From positions 3,654 through 67,653 of the forward strand of contig JAEDFR010000001.1 of NCBI GenBank assembly GCA_016297945.1: a stretch of 64,000 nt of DNA, given 5' to 3'. Made by a program: the position numbers and the translations under genes. Positions 59,816 through 64,000 of the stretch are shown here, in pieces (within the stretch, counting starts at the first letter, position 1; each line of letters begins with the position of its first letter). Origin of the DNA: Lachnospiraceae bacterium (lineage in GTDB: Bacteria > Bacillota > Clostridia > Lachnospirales > Lachnospiraceae). Below the pieces are notes generated by a model. That model was not told where the DNA came from and searched no databases. It saw nothing but the letters and a program-made list of their open reading frames with translations.

Positions 59816-60059
59816 ATTCTTTTTCGGATTTGTGTTCCCAATATATATCTTTGCCACTGATTTTTATGAGGTTTTGTGCCTATCTTAGCGGCATAAGCGA
59901 ACAAAAAGGAATGCCCGGTTTCAACTGTCTGAAGACGAAGTCTGAGTTTTGAAACCGGGCATTTAATAAAATTTTGTGAGCATGCCGCTTAGAGAGGCTA
60001 AAAACCGAAGTACGAAGCGGCAAAGATATATATTGGGAACACAAATACGAAAAGGGAAT
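59816..60059. repeat. ~240 bp nested-palindrome element, copy 1 (MITE/REP-like)
   Basis: Perfect 28 bp outer stem ATTTGTGTTCCCAATATATATCTTTGCC and inner stem AATGCCCGGTTTCAA; similar copy at 60601. Confidence 0.88.
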
Positions 60060-60065
60060 TACAAT

Positions 60066-60100
60066 AAAAAAGCCAACCGATGGGTTAATTCGGTTGACTT
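60066..60100 (-). terminator. Intrinsic terminator of rpsT
   Basis: AAGTCAACCGA-N9-TCGGTTGGC-TTTTTT on the minus strand; a second 12 bp hairpin at 60118-60149. Confidence 0.8.
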
Positions 60101-60160
60101 TGCATACGTTTCATTTCTTTTCCATCAGGATGACGGGCCTGATGGAAAATCTACCATAAA

Positions 60161-60424
60161 TTAGTTCATGCCGTTAACAGCTTTTGTTAAACGAGAAACC
60201 TTTCTGGCAGCATTGTTTTTATGATAAATGCCTTTAGAAGCAGCTTTGCTGATTGTTGAAGTAGCATCTGTTAATGCTGCTTTTGCTCCTTCTGCATCTT
60301 TTGCTTCGATTGCAGCGTAAACTTTTTTGATAGAAGTTTTAACACCAGATTTAATAGCTTTATTTCTATCAGCTTTTGTTCTGTTTACTAAGATTCTCTT
60401 TTTTGCAGATTTGATGTTAGCCAT
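60161..60424 (-). CDS. rpsT: 30S ribosomal protein S20
   Basis: [10 protein letters not shown]...[12 protein letters not shown]. Confidence 0.98.
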   Translation of the reverse strand: MANIKSAKKRILVNRTKADRNKAIKSGVKTSIKKVYAAIEAKDAEGAKAALTDATSTISKAASKGIYHKNNAARKVSRLTKAVNGMN

Positions 60425-60514
60425 GACTTACACCTCCTAATAAAATAATCATATCACTATGCCGGTGTCACAATCATCCAGACACGGGCAGATAAATGCG
60501 AACACACGCATATT

Positions 60515-60543
60515 ATAATAGCGGAAAGCGCACTTTCTGTCAA
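60515..60543 (-). promoter_or_regulatory. SigA promoter of rpsT
   Basis: TTGACA-N17-TATTAT. Confidence 0.7.
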
Positions 60544-60600
60544 TATGTAAAATCAAGATTTTTCCAAGTTTTTTCCAAGTTCCTGTTTTTTATTTGTATA

Positions 60601-60838
60601 TTGGATTTTTGTTCCCGCTATATATCTTTGCCCGCCGGCTTTTACGAGTTTTCGTGCCTTTCTTAGCGGCATAGGCGAACAAAAATAATGACCGGTTTCA
60701 ACTGTCTGAAGACGAAGTCTGAGTTTTGAAACCGGTCATTTAATAAATACTTTGTGAGCATGCCGCTTAGAAAGGCTAGAAAGCGAAGTACGAGGCGGCA
60801 AAGATATATAGCGGGAACACAAATGCGAAAAAAAGAAT
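60601..60838. repeat. ~240 bp nested-palindrome element, copy 2
   Basis: Same orientation and architecture as copy 1, with compensatory substitutions in the stems. Confidence 0.88.
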
Positions 60839-60864
60839 TATAATAATCATTTCCGGAAATACTA
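60835..60864 (+). promoter_or_regulatory. SigF/SigG-type promoter of gpr
   Basis: -10 GGAAATACTA fits the SigF consensus GGnnAnAnTr; -35 (GAATT) is weak. Confidence 0.5.
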
Positions 60865-60907
60865 TAGAAAAAAACTATATTATCATCATTTGGAGGTTCG
60901 TATATAT

Positions 60908-61840
60908 ATGCAATCCAGAACCGACTTGGCATTGGAAGAACACGAATATGCCATATCCCATCATTCCACAAAAAAAACAGAGACTCATATTAACGGTGTT
61001 GAAATCACGGATGAACATTTTTCAGCTGATCAAATCACGATTTCTACTGTCAATATCACGACAAAAAATGCTGCAAAGGCGTTAAATAAACCGATGGGAA
61101 CGTATATTACCATGGAAGCACCGCTACTCGATGCGCCGGATGATGGCTATCATCGCGAAATCTCACACCATATTTCAGAACAAATCAAAAAATTAATTCC
61201 TGATTTTACAAATGAAAAATCCATTCTGGTAATCGGCTTGGGAAATCGTGCCGTCACAGCCGATTCACTTGGTCCTCTCTGTATTGATCATCTCAATATT
61301 ACCAGACATCTGGTTTTGGAATACGGAAATGCTGCTTTTGATAAAAAGCCGCTTCATACTGTCAGTTCTTTGGCCCCCGGTGTACTTGCCCAAAACGGCA
61401 TTGAAACCGCCGAAATCGTAAAAGGGGTTGTAACGCAGACAAATCCGGACTGTTTACTGGTCGTTGATGCTCTGGCAGCAAGATCCTTACACCGCCTTAA
61501 CCGCACCATACAGATCAGTAACACCGGCATTCATCCGGGCTCCGGTGTCGGCAATCACCGTTGCTCTCTGACAGAAGAAACACTTGGTATTCCGGTCATT
61601 GCAATTGGGGTTCCGACCGTAGTGGATGCAGCAACCATTGTCATGGATACCTTGGAAGATTTTTCCAAAAAAACAAAGTACTCTCTCAATCATCAAATGC
61701 TTTTGAATGATTATGACAGTACTTTGTTTCATGAATTACAAAATATGTATGTTGCGGGTAAAGACGTCGATTCCATCATACTCAGTATGAGCTATACCTT
61801 ATCGGAGGCGCTGAATATGACATTTAATCCGGTAACTTAG
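60908..61840 (+). CDS. gpr: Germination (spore) protease GPR
   Basis: RTDLALE, IGLGNRAVTADSLGP, VDALAAR, TGIHPGSGVGN and IGVPTVVDA; ATG 60908 with GGAGG RBS. Confidence 0.95.
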   Translation: MQSRTDLALEEHEYAISHHSTKKTETHINGVEITDEHFSADQITISTVNITTKNAAKALNKPMGTYITMEAPLLDAPDDGYHREISHHISEQIKKLIPDFTNEKSILVIGLGNRAVTADSLGPLCIDHLNITRHLVLEYGNAAFDKKPLHTVSSLAPGVLAQNGIETAEIVKGVVTQTNPDCLLVVDALAARSLHRLNRTIQISNTGIHPGSGVGNHRCSLTEETLGIPVIAIGVPTVVDAATIVMDTLEDFSKKTKYSLNHQMLLNDYDSTLFHELQNMYVAGKDVDSIILSMSYTLSEALNMTFNPVT

Positions 61841-62673
61841 TGTCTTCCGCCGCCGCCACCATGGCTGAATCCACCGGAAGAAATATGATGACCGCCGCCG
61901 CCACCGCCACCGCTGTTAGTTTGAATTTTACGACTGGTCGTATGTTTGGAAATAAAGACATCTCTTCGATCCGGAAACTGCGCATGACCTCCTGCCACAT
62001 AGGTATTGGCATCGGTTGTTTTCCTGCCGACATTGCGGTTTATGCATACCAAAATATAGATAAGGGTGATCAGTGCAGCAACACCCCAGATGGCAAAGGT
62101 CGGAATTTCAACATCCAAAGAAGAATTCGATGACATGGTGTTTGCCAGTGAATTGATATACAGTTGGTATGAACCAAATGGATCACGGTTGACATTATAG
62201 CAAATATCATCTATCAAATCATAAATCATGGATGAGGAATAGCGATTCTCTACCCTTCCGCATGTTGAAAACCAGCTGTAGCTATTGCCAATTCCGAGGA
62301 AATTGTCCAGATAAAGAGCCCCGTCTCCCCATGGCTCATCATATCCAAACATATTATCATCATAAAAGTCATCGGCATAATTCATCATGGCATTGTCGCC
62401 AGCATAATCCGGATCACTGATCGTAACTAAAACGATATCACATCCGATCTCATCCTGTTTCTCTGCAATCATCTGCCGCAAAGCATCCTCCTCAGCATCC
62501 GTCAGGACATCTGCGTAGTCAAATACTCTTTCTTCTGTTTTACACTGTGTATTGGTGCATGTATATACTTTTTCCTCGTTAGGCTTTTTCATGATCAGTG
62601 CCACAATAAAAACAACCAGAACGATTGCAAAGAGGATGAATAATACTGCAAAATGTTTTAAATATTTTTTCAT
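61837..62673 (-). CDS. TPM-domain membrane protein (YdjH-like)
   Basis: RVFDYADVLT, DIVLVT, YADDFYD and Gly-rich SHGGGGG tail. Confidence 0.85.
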   Translation of the reverse strand: MKKYLKHFAVLFILFAIVLVVFIVALIMKKPNEEKVYTCTNTQCKTEERVFDYADVLTDAEEDALRQMIAEKQDEIGCDIVLVTISDPDYAGDNAMMNYADDFYDDNMFGYDEPWGDGALYLDNFLGIGNSYSWFSTCGRVENRYSSSMIYDLIDDICYNVNRDPFGSYQLYINSLANTMSSNSSLDVEIPTFAIWGVAALITLIYILVCINRNVGRKTTDANTYVAGGHAQFPDRRDVFISKHTTSRKIQTNSGGGGGGGHHISSGGFSHGGGGGRH

Positions 62674-62674
62674 A

Positions 62675-63658
62675 TCAGAATACCCCCATTATCGTCTGTA
62701 TCATATAACCCATAGCCGTAATCAATCCAAAAACCGTGGCAGAGTAGCCAATAATCTTTCCGATGGACATCGGTGCCTTCCCCACCATTTTTCCGGTTTC
62801 TCCATTGATACGAAACTGATACTGCTTTCCGCGATAAGAATATGTATAATTCCATACGGGTAACAAAGCATAATTTTCTGTTTGTGTCTGACATTGACAA
62901 TCATCACACTCCGGTACTACAGAACTGTATCCACTGATTGTCTGCTGCATGAGTGTAACCGCATCTTTTCGCACCTTTGCTTTTGCCCTGGGCTCTAACG
63001 TCGGACCATCAACGCTGTATAACTCCCCACGAAAGCCGGACATAAACTTAGGTTGAAACGGATACATAGCCGAATAATCAAACGGCTCTAATAAATCCAT
63101 TTCGTTATCCGGCATTGTCTGGGATGCATCTGTCGGAACCCGGTTAAAATCCGCATCCATGGTTCGATAAATCTGATAAATAGAAGTCTCGGTATATTGT
63201 GTATCTCCTACCGTCCATGATCTTATTTTTTTTGCCCTTGCAGAATAACGGTAATGGCAATGAATATCAAATAAGAAAAAAGGAATATAGTCTCCTTCCA
63301 TCTTATCCAAAGATGCTTCTTTTAAAAATCCGGACGGCAAAAAGATTTTTTTCTCAAACTGCTCACGGATAATCTCTTTTGCTTTCTGCTTGCTGACTTT
63401 AAACGGAATAACCAGATGAGGCTCATATTTTCCATTAATTCGTTCATCAAAAATCGTATAGGCACCGCAATGCTCACATTTGATGGCACTGTCATACGGC
63501 TTTGGCTCCATCGGTGCACCACAGGAAAGGCACTGATACTGGTTTTCATTTGTAATTAGTTCTTCACTGTCCAAACTGTCACAGTGCGGGCAGCACATTC
63601 TGTCATGTTCGGGTGACCAGACCGTATTGGCACCACAGTTTTTACATTTAAAAATCAT
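62675..63658 (-). CDS. Zn-ribbon membrane-anchored protein (YdjG-like)
   Basis: Four CxxC motifs, PHLVIPF, LEPFD, LLPVW and INGETGKMVG; C-terminal TM. Confidence 0.8.
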   Translation of the reverse strand: MIFKCKNCGANTVWSPEHDRMCCPHCDSLDSEELITNENQYQCLSCGAPMEPKPYDSAIKCEHCGAYTIFDERINGKYEPHLVIPFKVSKQKAKEIIREQFEKKIFLPSGFLKEASLDKMEGDYIPFFLFDIHCHYRYSARAKKIRSWTVGDTQYTETSIYQIYRTMDADFNRVPTDASQTMPDNEMDLLEPFDYSAMYPFQPKFMSGFRGELYSVDGPTLEPRAKAKVRKDAVTLMQQTISGYSSVVPECDDCQCQTQTENYALLPVWNYTYSYRGKQYQFRINGETGKMVGKAPMSIGKIIGYSATVFGLITAMGYMIQTIMGVF

Positions 63659-63699
63659 AGAATTCTCCCTCTGAATTACATTACATTTATCACTTTTTA

Positions 63700-63721
63700 G
63701 ATTTTGTTCCCGCTATATATC
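63700..63721. repeat. Isolated left-arm fragment of the palindromic element
   Basis: GATTTTGTTCCCGCTATATATC matches the left end of copy 2. Confidence 0.65.
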
Positions 63722-63946
63722 AAGGACACGAAACCAAAAAGGGTATTATTTTTCTACAACTAATTCTACACCATTCTATTCTGCAATTCTAGAATGAATT
63801 CGACATAAAAGAGTTTTTCACAATAGCGGCATCTTCGCGGCGCTCTAGTGGCATGGTTATAAAATCAAAAACTGGACATTTCAAGAAAGCCACCTTTGTA
63901 TGTATGATACACTCAATTCATGAATTTATTAAAACATTTGCTATCA

Positions 63947-63972
63947 TGGGGTCAAAATACCTTTTGACCCCA
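63947..63972. terminator. Hairpin, likely terminator of a gene beyond the window
   Basis: TGGGGTCAAAA-tacc-TTTTGACCCCA. Confidence 0.55.
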
Positions 63973-64000
63973 ACATCATTACATAATGATAACAAAAAAC

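Noticed and set aside
59976..60164. ORFs 59706-59888, 59976-60164 and 60663-60971
   Set aside because: They are chance frames across the palindromic repeat and terminators, without RBS or protein-like features
61845..61915. GCC/GGC-rich repeat
   Set aside because: It encodes the ordinary Gly-rich tail of TPM-domain proteins

Overview
Chromosomal window from a low-GC, spore-forming clostridial bacterium. The SigK lacking a pro-sequence, DUF4214 protein and gene order look Lachnospiraceae-like (inference). Almost all genes are on the minus strand. Read in the direction of transcription (right to left): (1) a housekeeping/sporulation block (ydjG/ydjH-like, gpr, rpsT, spoIIP, lepA, hemW, gtrA, sigK); (2) pilT-comM-brnTA-dprA; (3) a ~34 kb surface-glycosylation island with an SGNH-DUF4214 protein, CDP-deoxysugar genes rfbFHG, a HipA-like kinase module, two GT-C-type membrane proteins (one a tandem double YfhO), GT2s, an AT-rich wzx/pseudaminic acid cassette and a ThDP enzyme plus aldolase; (4) a complete type IV pilus assembly operon (pilB-pilC-pilA-pilD-pilMN-pilO plus four minor pilins, the last running off the window). 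Main leads: the glycan island sits between the two halves of a T4P/natural-transformation gene set and lacks Wzy and an initiating transferase, so it is a candidate pilus/surface-protein glycosylation system. A ~240 bp palindromic repeat with compensatory base changes flanks rpsT. Three frameshift lesions lie in the Pse cassette, and dprA may be switched by a poly-A tract. No rRNA, tRNA, CRISPR array or transposase was seen. Family assignments come from motif recognition, not database searches.
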